NCBI GenBank assembly: GCA_964016885.1
Contig: OZ024743.1
Coordinates: 15,438,001-15,502,000, forward strand
Origin: Eledone cirrhosa
Taxonomy: Eukaryota
Reading direction: 5' to 3'
Length of the DNA: 64,000 nt
Position 1 is the first letter of the stretch. Each line of letters opens with the position of its first letter. The translations under genes were made by a program, and so were the position numbers. Under the pieces are notes generated by a model that was given only the letters and a program-made list of their open reading frames with translations, did not search any database and was not told where the DNA came from. Below are positions 13,437 to 26,825 of this stretch, piece after piece.

Positions 13437-14215
13437 AAACCGATTATTATATTCTTTGATTTGTAAATATAAATAAATGATTTGATATCTAAATTCTATA
13501 TTATTCTATTTGTTTGAAATGTTGTAATACATGCTTATGTTATTCTCGTTACTCAGGTTTTTAACCTAATATTTAATTAAAAGTATAATTATGCATGAGT
13601 ATATACACACAAATATATATATCTATATATTTTGTGTATATATAGAAAAAATATATATAATATTTTTATTTATGTTGTTACTTTTTATCATTAGTCATAT
13701 TTGATCACAATTTGGTATTTGCGAATTTCCTGGACTTTTGCTCTATGTTTTGTTTTTCGTCGATTATTTGACGTGTTTTACATTCTTCGGTGTTGAATAT
13801 CAAATCAAGCAAATTGCATTATTCCAAGTGTGTCAATATAGTGCTCATTGTGGGTATGGAGTGGTGTGTAGTGGCCGGAGGCTGGGCGTGCTTGACCGGA
13901 AGCGTGCTCGACCGGAAGGGCGAGCAGATGTGACGTCAGCTTGAGAGGCCCCTTTCTCTTCTACGGCAGTCATCGGACTGAGACAGACGTGCGATTTGAG
14001 GCTGCGACCGGCGAGCTGGATTGTACACACGTGGAAGAGAGGAAAACCAGCCAACGACTTTGCCAGGACCAGAGAAATGCGGTAAGTGAAGTGGCTTTCT
14101 AATCACATGCTATTTCGGCACTTAAAGACTTATAGAAAAAGAAAAAGGAAAAAGGAAGACTTTTTTTTTAAGACAAAGCCACTGGAATACAGTGTCAATA
14201 TAGTGCTCATTAACA

Positions 14216-16944
14216 ATGCTGCCTGAAAAAACTTACAAAACTGGAGCAACAAAGAGGAGAGAAGCTAGACAAGCTGCCACGGAAGAATCTTCAAAGAAAT
14301 GTCATCTAATCAGAAGTTTTCTGAAAAGTCAACAGTCTTCGTTAACAAGTAGTGACGCATACCAAAGCAACGTAACTGCCGGAATTTCCGGCGAGTCGGT
14401 CTGATCAGATGAATTGGAGAAACAGAAAAGCACTGGAGTGTCACGAGAACCTGACGTCGAAGATGCCTCAGGTCCATCGACTATCTCAACAACCGTCGTA
14501 GTCACTGAAGATATAGTCCCAAATGGGGATCCGAACTCAATAGAGGGAAAATGGCTGTATCGGAATCTGAAAATGAAAATGATTCAGAGGAAACTACATT
14601 GGCAAAACAAATCCCAGAGTATGAGCCAGTAGAATGCATGTTCAATTTACGAGGCGACCCGAATTTACCAAGCGACCCGAAACATTTCGAGGACAGACCA
14701 TTGACGACACCTCTAATTTGCTCCCTCATGGCCGTTGGTCCTTGTCAGCCAGGATTGAAAGCTAATTTGGCTGATTTCCCACACGGCTCGAACCACAGAA
14801 AATTCAACATCAGTTGGTACAGGAGAAAGTGTGCTGAAATCCATAAAGTTGACCGACACCGGTTAGTATACTCTCCTGAATCCAACAGACTATATTGCTT
14901 CTGTTGTTGGCTGTTTGCTGATAAAAATGCCGAATCTTACTCGAAGACTTGGGGTAATTCAGAGTGTGGGATGGCAAACTTCAAAAAGGGAATCGAAAAA
15001 ATTGCCAAGCATGAGAAAAGTGCCATTCACATCAATGCCCAAAAGCAATACTTCATGACAAAATATCGTTTGGACGCAGATAAAACAGTCAGCAATAACC
15101 TCATCAATGAAGAGAAGAAGCGAATTGAACGAAATCGCCAGATATTGAGGCGATTGCTTGGTTGTACGTTATTTCTCGCAAAGCAAGGCCTGGCCTTCAG
15201 AGGTCACAGGGAATATTCTGGACTTCGCGCCAAATCAGAAAATGAAGGAAACTTTATTGAATTGTTGAAATTGATGGCCAAGTATGATACGATCTTGGAA
15301 AGCCATTTATTCTCGCCTGGGCGCACTAAAAGACAGCCTATGTACTTAAGTCCAAAATTACAAAACGAATTCATAGAATGCCTGGCAAACGAATGTACTC
15401 AACAAATAATCACGGAAGTGAAAGCGGCAAAATACTATTCAGTCATCGTCGATTCCACAATAGACATTTCGCATCAGGATCAATGCTCTGTGTCACTGCG
15501 ATATGTATCGAAAAGTGGCCACGCACAGGAGCATTTCCTGTCGTTTCGTGAACTAGAATCAGCAGCCACTGAATCATTTTACGATACGCTTGTGAAAGTT
15601 CTTTCCAGGATCCATCATTGGATGCTCAATATATTAGGGGACAAGCTTACGACGGAGCGTTGAATATGTCCGGCCATATTTCTGGGCTTCAGGCTAGAGT
15701 TAAAGAGAGATGCTCTTCGAAAGCTGTTTACGTCCATTGTTGCGCTCATAACCTGAACCTGGTGTTAATCGATGCTAGCCAATCGTCAGTGGATGTTAAA
15801 TTATTTTTTGGTATATTGGAGAGCCTGTATGTTTTCTTAACATCAAGCTTGCCAAGGCTGAACATCCTCGAAGAAGAACAAGAAAAACTATTGACTTCAA
15901 CGATATTAACATTAAAAAGACTCTCAGATACGCGCTGGCTTAGTCACATTCAGGCTGTAGAGGCTACCATTAACAACTTACCGGCAGTAATAAGTGCACT
16001 AGAGAGGATAATAAGTGGGGATGTTCACAACACTGCCTGCTCCGAAAGTATTAGCCGAGGCCAGAGGTTTGCTACTAAATGTGAGCAACTTTGAAATCAT
16101 TTTCATGTTGAAGTTTTTTCAGAATTTACTTAAAAAGCTGCATTCTCTTTCACAATATTTGCAGAAGGAGGCTATCGACTTATATTCCGTAGACGTCATG
16201 ATTAAAAATGTAGTAAAAGAAATTAACGACATCCGCTCAAATAAATATTTTGACCGAACATTATCAGACGCTAAAAATCTCGCCGAGCAATGTCAAGTTG
16301 AACCAGAGTTTACAACAGAAAAACTAAAAAGAAAATAGAAGCGTTTTCATGACGAAAATTCCAGTGAGGAATCTCATGAGACGATGAGTCAGCATTTTAA
16401 ACGGGACGTTTATTTCACTATCTTAGATATAATCATTAGTAGCTTTAACGAACGTTTTGCCGACTTGCACGATCTAGTGAAGGATTTTTCGTGCTTGATA
16501 CCGGCGCACTTCGACGACGACGACACATGCAATAGAGAGAGAATCGATAATCTTGTGAAATTCTACGAGGGTGACATCGAAAATAACACTATCTTCGACG
16601 AGTATTTATCATTCAAAGATTTTTACAAGGAAGTGTGTTTAGATAAATCCATATCGAGTTCTGAGATCATTCCGTTTATGATTTCTAATGACTTAGATAG
16701 AGCCTATCCCAACGTGTTTGCCTTATACAAAATGTTCATAACTATTCCGGTTAGCTCGGCGCAGGCTGAGCGAACCTTCGGCAGGCTCAAACTGATAAAG
16801 AATTATTTGCGTAGTACCATGAGTGAAGAGCGGTTGAATGCTCTGGCAATGATGTACATAGAGCGAGAACTGGCTGAAAAAATTGACTTCAGCATCGTGA
16901 TTGAAACATTTTCTAAAGTAAAACATCGCAAATTAGAACTGTAG
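14216..16944 (+). pseudogene. hAT transposase (TTF-type zinc finger, DUF4371-like, DDE, hATC dimerisation), disrupted by stops and frameshifts
   Basis: ORF pieces 14216-14404, 14414-14632, 14551-15663, 15618-16094, 16015-16338, 16384-16944. Motifs LYCFCCWLF, HEKSAIH, LAKQGLAFRGH, VDSTIDIS, GQAYDGA, HCCAHNLNL, SDTRW, PVSSAQAERTFGRLKLIKNYLRSTMSEERL. Confidence 0.9.
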
Positions 16945-17443
16945 AACAAGTGATGTGCTCGAATGTGAAAGTAAATTTTAGATGGAGAATTTGTTGTACT
17001 TACGAATATTTGTTGGTGAATAATCGATTGCAAAACAAGTTTTATTGATGTTGTTTTTTTTTCTGAAGATAGACCACCGTCTTCGCAGTTAATAAAGTTT
17101 TCACGGAACATGCTAACTCTGTAATCTATAATGCTGTCTACTCTATTATAAATTATTATCTATTCTATATGCGTGTATGAACATATTTCCTTGCAGCCGA
17201 TGGAAATGAGCGTATGGAATTGGTGGACCCCCTTTAGATCGAATTTGCTCCTACTGGCTTTAAAAGCTAGTTACGCCACTGCCTGCCACACCAAGACAGT
17301 TTCACCCACATCATTTGACAGTTGAAGCAGAAACTGCTAAGCTGAGATAGCTCCAGTCTGCTTCTTTTGTCATTTTGGTGCGGATAAAAATAATAACTAT
17401 TCAGTAATTTCTCAATGACTATAGCATCATTGATACATAGATT

Positions 17444-17484
<41 letters not shown>

Positions 17485-17628
17485 TAAAATAACAGATTAA
17501 AGTTTAAGCAAAGAATCGCTGCTTTCACCCTTAACGGGATCTTCTGAAACTAACAAAGTCAATCTGTAAACGCAGAACTGGATATTTCAAAAAAAGTTGC
17601 AACCGGATTTTAGTCTTCAAATTTTTTA

Positions 17629-17682
<54 letters not shown>

Positions 17683-17686
<4 letters not shown>

Positions 17687-17889
17687 GTAGATTTGCAAGG
17701 TAAATGCGTCCGTAGGCGGTATGCCGGTTGAGCAAAGATCGGAGACGATCTAACACACAAGACATATCTGAAGTACTTTCGATTGCAGAGTCGGGTTCGT
17801 TCTATAATAGATCTTGCATCAAGCTGATCGATAGAGACACATGTAATACGTAAATAAATGTGATATGAATCCTCGTTCTTTATAATATA
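17683..17889 (+). mobile_element. Possible short degenerate solo LTR inside (TA)n
   Basis: ~200 bp island bounded by (TA)n; begins GTTGTAGA, has AATAAA near its 3' end, ends TTTATAATA (degenerate TGTTGTA...TACAACA pattern). Confidence 0.3.
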
Positions 17890-18672
17890 AATATATATAT
17901 ATATATATATATGTGTGGGTGGGGGGGGGGGGATAGAAAGAGGAAAAGACAGACTAACAGACAGACAAAAAGAGGGAGAGATAGAAAGAGTGAAGGCGAG
18001 AGCTAGATTGAGAGCCGTATAGTTTTCAAAATTTGCTGGATTGAAAAGAATTAACAGATTCAGGTATTGGAACTCCAAACATTACAGAGATTACAAGTAT
18101 CGGGCTATTTGGTCAGAATTAAATTGTCGACAAATAATACATTGGGCGTTAAGCAAAGCGGATTGCAAGATTATGTCACAGTCTAGTCACCACGATATTC
18201 ATAAAACGTTAAAGCTGAACCAAACTGAAAATTGTCTCAATGAAACCAAGCCACAGTTTCTGCACATTTCCCAATAGACGTATCGTATTTTATCTAACTT
18301 ATATCGGAATTTGTAAACAATGGCAGCGTCAATTACATCTTTGCAACAGGCCAATATTTGTTTCATTGCATTTCTCAGAACAAGCGGGACTAAGATGTGT
18401 TAGACGACACTTACTCAATGTGATTTGCAGTTGATAGAATATGGAACCATGTTGCTGTAAAGTGAATTATTTATCGCTAATAGGCCTAATCTAGATATTT
18501 TTATGGTGTTTACTATTTTCAGTTCAAAAATTCACTACAATGTTATCGGTGGATTATCTACTTGCTAGTAATATAAGCTTACTCAAATGCACCGCCTAAT
18601 AATTCCAAAGATGACGCCATAGATAGAAAAAGTAATGGATTGGATACGACACACATTATGTTGATGATGTGA

Positions 18673-18965
18673 AGCGCGTAACCTAGTGAGTAGAGAATTT
18701 GACTCGTGATCGTAACGTAGAGAGTTCAGTTCCCGGTGGGACGTTGTCTCCTTCGGCAAAACACCTTATTTCCCGTTGCTCTGGTTGTCTCAGCAAGAAA
18801 AATGAGTTTTACCTGTATTTAGAAGGGCCAGTCTTGTCTTTGAGACCTACGTTAAGGGTACATGTGTCTCTGGAATACTCAACTACTCACACGTTAATTT
18901 TCCGAACAACCTGTCCGTTTATTGAATCAACTTGAACAATCGACATCGTAACCGATATAGAACTA
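18673..18965 (+). mobile_element. Older tRNA-derived SINE (family 2)
   Basis: GCGTAACCTAGTGAGTAGAG (A-box-like), GAGTTCAGTTCCC (B-box-like), followed by GTCTCCTTCGGCAAAACACCTTA, which resembles V/CORE-type SINE bodies. Confidence 0.55.
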
Positions 18966-20387
18966 GTTATTAATGTTGATGATAAAGCCTGCATAATCAG
19001 AGTTAACGAAAATGTATTCTTTATCATTTATAATTAAATTAAATAAAAACTCTGCTCTGATCTTATTAGCTGAGCTAAATAAATAATAGTCCACTTATCT
19101 AAAAGCTGATCTAATTATATAAATGTTAGCAAACAGGATTTATATATCCAAATTAAACACTGACATTAATATTACGCAGAGTTATTCTGTTTTGAATACG
19201 ATCTAATTCATATAAGTTGGTTATCATTGAAATAGGATACTCTAGACGTAACAACATTGTAGTATGAATACACAGACAGGTAAATTTGTTGAACGCCTTC
19301 TGATGTAATTTTGCTAGTCAATATCTAAACAGTATATTTTGTCAATCTGTCAGAGAACACCTCATGAGATTCCAACTAATGTTAAGAGCTTTATGAACAT
19401 ATTTTTCTGTGATATGTTTTGAATGATTTGCTAATTCTATTTTTCTTGTCACGCATTCTGTGTAATAGAGATTCATTGGCCTTGTACAGGTTTCCTTCAG
19501 AATATATTGAATGTGTTGCAATGTGTTGCTTCTTATGTATTAGGATATATTTTAGATTAATTTACTCATAGCCAAGGTAAAGTTTCGCATGAAGAATTTT
19601 ATATACATGCTAAAAAGCTAATGTCTATAATTTTCTTTTGGATTCCAAGTTATGTTTGTAATTCAAATGCATTTTCTTGAATTCAACTGTTATGATGAAT
19701 TCTCAAGTTTTCCTACCGCCAATGCATTCGTTTGAAATGTATGTGGTGCCTGTTTTTTTTTTTTGTTTTTTTTCTGTCTCTTTTTCACCTTCTTCATTGT
19801 AAGTGTTACGAACAGTGGCAATGTTCAGGTTGGAATCTATAGCTTTACGCTTAGTAGTGATCCAAATTAAGTTCTCTTTCTATTATACATCATATTACAA
19901 TTATAATATTTGTTTTCACATTTCCGAGTGTATATTCTACTAACATCATTCGATTTCGGAACAAAGAGTATCCAAAAGATGGCTTCGAGAGATCCCTGGG
20001 CTGTCAGTGCGAAAGCGAGCATTGTTGGGCAAGATAAACTTTACTGGCATGTAAGTGCAAAGTGAAGTGTGCAAGGCGACAAAACCGTCCTGCACACAAA
20101 CATCCAGTGTCCGGGTGTTGCTGCCTTGTGTGTTTATGACTAACATTTGCTGTCACAATGAAACAAACATATCTCATTTCTCTCATAATAGTCGGAGTAG
20201 TGAATCTAATTCACCGTCACGTTCTGTTATACAGCTCAACAAATGGTAATAAGCAATTAGTGGAAACATCACCGGGTCCAAAAGGGATTACAATATGACT
20301 TGTAATCCATATATATACACTGGCGGACGGGGTCTAAAAATATTGGTTGCCAGGAGATGAAGGGGGCCAATGTGGCAGGAAGGTATA

Positions 20388-20428
20388 CGTCGCTGACGAT
20401 AGCTAATAAGCTTGAAACTAGTACAGCT
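20388..20428 (+). ncRNA. Minimal type I hammerhead ribozyme (copy 1)
   Basis: Core CUGACGA 20393-20399, stem II AGCU/AGCU, GAAA 20414-20417, palindromic stem III ACUAGU, GUA cleavage triplet. Confidence 0.65.
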
Positions 20429-20809
20429 TTCCTTTGTCAGTGTTGAACAAACGAGCAACGATGGTTGCTAGACACTACGGCTAAATACGGGATGTTTGTT
20501 TACAAACGCACCGAGCATTATAATAAATATTCGGTGAATGCATACGTACATATATATATGTGTGTGCATGTATGTATATATATATACATACTACTGTACG
20601 TCTGTATACATATATGTATGTACGTGTACATACTTATATTTAAGTAACAGCCGTACTAAAAGTGGGAAATTAAATTTCGTTTCATTTTTTCCGTTTATCG
20701 TTTTCGGTGCACCCGGCCGATTAACCCACTCGATATGCAAATTGGGATACTCAGCCGTTAATATGCATAAGGTAAGTATATACGTTCAACAATCTGGCAG
20801 GAAGGTATA

Positions 20810-20850
20810 CATTGCTGACGATAGCTAATAAGCTTGAAACTAGTACAGCG
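20810..20850 (+). ncRNA. Minimal type I hammerhead ribozyme (copy 2)
   Basis: Core CUGACGA from 20815, GAAA from 20836; stem I CAUUG/CAGCG with one mismatch. Confidence 0.65.
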
Positions 20851-21103
20851 TTCCTTTGTCAGTGTTGAACAAACGAGCAACGATGGTTGCTAGACACTAC
20901 GTCTTAATACGGGATGCTTGTTTACAAACACATCGAGCATTATAATAGATGTTAGGTGAATCCATACGTACATATATATATGTGTGCATGTATGTATATA
21001 TATATACATACTACTGTACGTCAGCATACATATATGTATGTACGTGTACATATTTATATTAAAGTAACACGCCATACTAAGACTGGGAAATGAAATTTCG
21101 TTT

Positions 21104-21145
<42 letters not shown>

Positions 21146-24100
21146 TATAATGTATGTGTCTGTGTGTTTCTTTGTTTGATTTTGTTTGTGTGAATGTGTG
21201 TAATATGTGCGTGGAAAATATAAGATATATGTTAACAATAAAAATGTAAACAAATAACACTGCTACAATAACAAAGGTCAGACAATTAATTTAGAACACA
21301 TATTAGCAGCCTCTACACGCTGTTGTGAAACCCACTTATCAGATCCTACGTCTAGTCATAGCATATTTTGGCTAGATACTGTAACATGGTGCTGATGACT
21401 ATGGCGTGTCCGAACCATACCAATTTTTTTCTTTATATTTATTTGTTATATGAACCCATATATGAACCCGTCAAAATATATGTTACGTAAATTGTTTCGT
21501 ATGTTTCACATTAGATCATTTTCTATTGAGACAATAATTTAGACAGAGATGTATAATTCCCATTACAGCTATTCTTAAACTCATTAAGAGCCCACCTATA
21601 CATGGTGTGCTAGATGTAAACTTCTTAGATGTTAAGCAATTTAGTCCAGTTAAACCTCATGTAGCGATAACGCCAACGATGGCATCTACGTCAGTAAATT
21701 AGCGGCAGGACACAGTTTAAACTACATCTAGCGAAGTTTCAGCGAAACGAATACATATAATTTCCAACAATTTCATCGATTCATATGAGGTCAAATTCTC
21801 AACTAAACGAAATGATTATCATTAACATGTAACCATCGAACAGGTTATAGATTACATCTAGTATATTGACAGACAAATGTCAAACACGGTAAATATTGAT
21901 GAAGTGATACTGAACCTAAAATATGCAAGCGCAAACTTTCATTGCTTCAGAAGATGGATATGTGAAAATCATGGTCTTAGACAATACACTAATCATATAA
22001 TATATGATAGATTCGCTGCATCCAATCTGTTATAGGGCTCTGTGCTCTGAATAAATTATAGACACCATCTCCCTAAGTTATCGATATACGACCAAGAATG
22101 GGCGAGGAAAACCATACACACCTAATGGTAGAAGGCAGGGAAATTGCAATGGGCTTTAACAAGATAGTATCTCATGCAATAAAGCCATGATCATACACCA
22201 TTGGTGTAAATAAACGTGCCATGTTCTACAAATAAAATTAGTTTTACTCCTAGTTAAATCGCAATAAGAACACTTGTAAAGAATATATTAGATTGAGCAG
22301 TTCAGAAACGCTTGGGGAACTTCAAAAGTGAGAGGGAGGGTACATAGCGAATGGGTCGAAACACTTTCACAAAGCATAACCCAAACACCATTCATAACCG
22401 TGAATGTGGAAAGAAGCTTAGAATGACTGACAGAACGCTTCCTCTCCTATGAAACAACACATTCCTGATTTGTAATCGGGCTTGTGGAACCAGCACAAAG
22501 ATATTTCGTCTCATGCTTATCTAGAGAAATTGAATCGGGTGGGAATGTATTGTAGTCCTTCAGAGAATACCACCAAAAACAATGATTGCAACGATTATAC
22601 TAAGTAGAGCAAAATAACTAAATTTGAGAACCATGTCAGAGATTCTACAAATTCAGAGTATTAAAACAGAAACAAACTTCGAAATACATAGAGGTAAATG
22701 AAACACTCTGATTGAACACAAAAGAACAACAGAAACATAAAAATGTTATTTTGGAACTGTTAGAATAATTTCAAATGTTAGATGCAATGATAAAAATATA
22801 AGTTCGCTAAAAATAAATTAAAAATTAGGTGAACTTATATTTAAAGAGAAAAGGCGTGAACTCAGTAACATAAAAATGATCAGCAGATACGTAATATAAA
22901 TAGGATGTATCTAGAACACGTGCGTGACCAGGTACAAAGTAATAAGCGGGACAATAAAAATATTTCGTCGTATCTTATAAAGCCGCAATTCCTGCTAGAG
23001 CTGCAGGGGCACCGTATTGAACTAAAATCTTTCTCGGGGACTTTTAAAACCTGGCGGAGCCTATCGCTTTTCCAGATATGCACATATTCGATTTATTCGA
23101 GAAAAAGCAGATAAATAGTGATAGAAAGGAAGTGCGCAGGAGATTTAGAGGAATAATTGAATTTACTACAGGACTAGTATTATTTAGTGACATTGAAACG
23201 ATAAAAGTAATGGTGGCTTCAATTGGATTTGAACTTAGTGGACAAAGAGCCGAAGGGAATACCGCAAACGATTCTATACGATGTTGAGAACAATTTGTCA
23301 TTTCGCCAAACATAAAAGCATTTAGAAACTAGCAAAGAGAGACTCATCGGTGTAATGATAATGCAGGAAGATAAAAAGGCTTTTCTTGATATACAAGGAA
23401 AAAGTACACATCCTACACCTCGACATCAAAACAGAAATGAAACAAATAAAGTAGACGGCAGAAGTCTGCTCCAGCACCCCAATAACCTGCGAGATGCGAG
23501 TGCAGACTAAAAATTGACTAATCCATTCAATCTAGATATAACAACCAATTACATGATCGAACATCTATATACTCCGATAGACATCTCGATAACGTCTCAA
23601 CATATTTCTGTTCTGATTATTAATTAAAACGTAGTACATTTCAAGGATCCTCAAACTAGGAAGTTGGGAATATATATGAAAACATTACCAATTAGGGCGT
23701 TTATAAAACGAAACTTAAAATTGTACACATATTCCAAACATTTGCCGCTAGAGACATGTAATATTCTGTATTAGATATTTTCAAACAATAGCACAACCAC
23801 TCTACACACACTACCCAATACACACAATACTTATTACACAAACATTAAATGAAGACAAAAAAATAAAACAACCTCGCACGGAACGAAAATATGTAGAGCA
23901 ACACAAACAATTACATGCAGGAATAACAATATTCTACAGAACACATTTATAGAAAGTGAGTCAGAGGGTACAGTTGACATTCAGAAGAAATTATTAAAAG
24001 CATTATAATAATATTAATATAATGTAAATAAGGCAAATAACATTACATTAGAATCATTTATATTATTTATTATGATAATATGTGTTAGGAAACATCTGAG

Positions 24101-24394
24101 AAGATCCAATATTACAACGCACCAATATGTGTAAATGAGCAAACACGTTTCCTGTTGTAGTGAATATGTTTGTATTAAGTATGATCACGATGGAGTTCTA
24201 ATTCAAATTAATGGAAATGTGCCACTGTAGACGGAAAAGAAACTGGCAATCTATTAAAGTATTGAGACGTTAGCGGAAGAATGACTGATAATATTTAATG
24301 CAACAGGTGATATAAATGGAGAGTGACTTTTGTTATCAATTTAATTGAGAGAAGAGGAATATTGCAATTTCTGGTGAATTATAATTATATTTAT

Positions 24395-25178
<784 letters not shown>

Positions 25179-25388
25179 TTATTGTTCCACAATGCTTCAA
25201 GCAAACTTCAATACTCTCATATATATATATATTTATGTAAAAGGTAAACAGAACTAACAACACAATCGGTACAGTATATGGAAGGTATATATCAGGTTAA
25301 CGCTTGATAATATATACACACACATATATGTATATAAAGAGAGGAAGAGAGAGAGGGAAAGAGAGAGAGGTGGAGAGAGATATGCCAT

Positions 25389-25517
25389 CAGTATCGTCTC
25401 AGTTCAAATCCCGCCGAGGTTAACTTTGCTTTTCATCCTTACGGGGTCGATAAAATAAAGTACTAGTAATGCACTGGGTAATTGCTGGCCTTGTGCCAAA
25501 AGTAGAAACAATTATTA
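25389..25517 (+). mobile_element. SINE family 1, partial
   Basis: AGTTCAAATCCCGCCGAGG...GGCCTTGTGCCAAAAGTAGAAACAATTATTA. Confidence 0.85.
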
Positions 25518-26116
25518 TAAACGAATACCTTTCTTAATACCAAACATTTCACATCGTGTACCGGGTGAGTTTTATCGAAGTTTTGCCACTAATAAATGAT
25601 AGGGTAGATATGGTGCTTTTTATGATGGTACTAGAACTAGCCCGTTACAGTGTAAGGGGGTTGAATTTCATAGTGACAACTGAATTACCATTTCACAGTA
25701 TCGAGTGAGTGCATTGTTTCCGCGTGACACCAGCACTATCCACATTATCCATGCTAGAGCACACTGCGTCTTCCGTTTGGTTTTGACGATGTAATAGGAG
25801 TGAGGTGAGGGTTGGTACATACTGGTTGTCAAGGTAGGAGGTGAGAGGTGTAATGACAGTTACTGATGTCCGGTGGTACTTTGTGAGTGGCTGGTGCAAC
25901 CGTATTTCCTCACTTGTATAGTGGATCACCGACCGGGAAAATCAATGATTTGGGTGGAAGGGATTAAGCGTTTGCTCATGGACTTTGTCTTATATTAAGG
26001 GAGTAGGCGAGTGATGTCTTACAGACACGAACCCCTTTCATGCTGGCAAGTGTTGGATAAATGTATGAGAGGAAAAATTAGGTGGATAAAGGTACGCACT
26101 AGGTTGTATTATATAG

Positions 26117-26301
26117 GGCGTTGGAATGGCAGTATCGGTAGAGGGTCGGACGCCATGCTTTGTAGCAAAGAGTTACGGCTCTTTATGGTCTGAGTTCAAA
26201 TCCCGCGAGGTTAACTTTGCCTTTCATCCTTACGGGGTCGATAAATAAAGTACCAGTAATACACTGGAATAATTGGTGGCCTTGTGCCAAAAGTAAAAAC
26301 A
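26117..26301 (+). mobile_element. SINE family 1, full length, 9-bp TSD
   Basis: GGCGTTGGAATGGCAGTATCGG...CCTTGTGCCAAAAGTAAAAACA; TSD ATTATATAG at 26108-26116 and 26302-26310. Confidence 0.85.
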
Positions 26302-26546
26302 ATTATATAGTAAGAGAAAGTCCATGGGTGCTTAGAAATGTAGTTACAGCTCGCTTTGGGTGTATCGCGCTCGTATGGAAGCCTGCACCTTTTGTAATAT
26401 TGCAGAACTCCAGTCGATTCGATCCATAGGAGTCAGCTTGGTAAAGACCGCCTTAATCATATCATAACAAGTTTCCCTAGGCCTAATTTTTCTATAGCTT
26501 CCAACAATTTGTAAGAATGTGTGTGTATTTATACATGCACACGCAT

Positions 26547-26578
<32 letters not shown>

Positions 26579-26691
26579 TTATATGTATACACGCACACAC
26601 GCACACACACACACACACACATAATATATATATGAAGCACATGCTTACGTACATACATACACACATGTATATGCATATATGTGTGTGTATG

Positions 26692-26825
<134 letters not shown>

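Larger units (their letters stand above)
13036..17281 (+). mobile_element. hAT DNA transposon (Tip100/ZMYM1-like group), ~4.2 kb
   Basis: TIRs CAGTAGCGTAAC (13036) and GTTACGCCACTG (ends 17281), 11/12 match; splits an RTE relic; the 8-bp flanks ACCACCAC/CCTGCCAC match only partly. Confidence 0.85.
20373..21109 (+). repeat. Two tandem ~315 bp repeats (period 422 bp), each with a minimal hammerhead ribozyme; Penelope-like terminal repeats or retrozyme
   Basis: Copies start at 20373 and 20795; each has CTGACGA-TAGCT AATA AGCT-T-GAAA-CTAG-TA-CAGC; the second copy runs into (TA)n. Confidence 0.75.

Noticed and set aside
17480-17635. Hammerhead-like CAGAAGA-CCC/GGG-GAAA on the minus strand between TA tracts; similar traces near 63570-63640
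   Set aside because: Core mutated and stems I and III not convincing; probably decayed Penelope-like termini.
21600-24200. Traces of RTE-like (DTISPKL) and Penelope-like (LLKP, FLDI, PFNL) coding motifs
   Set aside because: Motifs are too short and decayed to set boundaries or family without a profile search.
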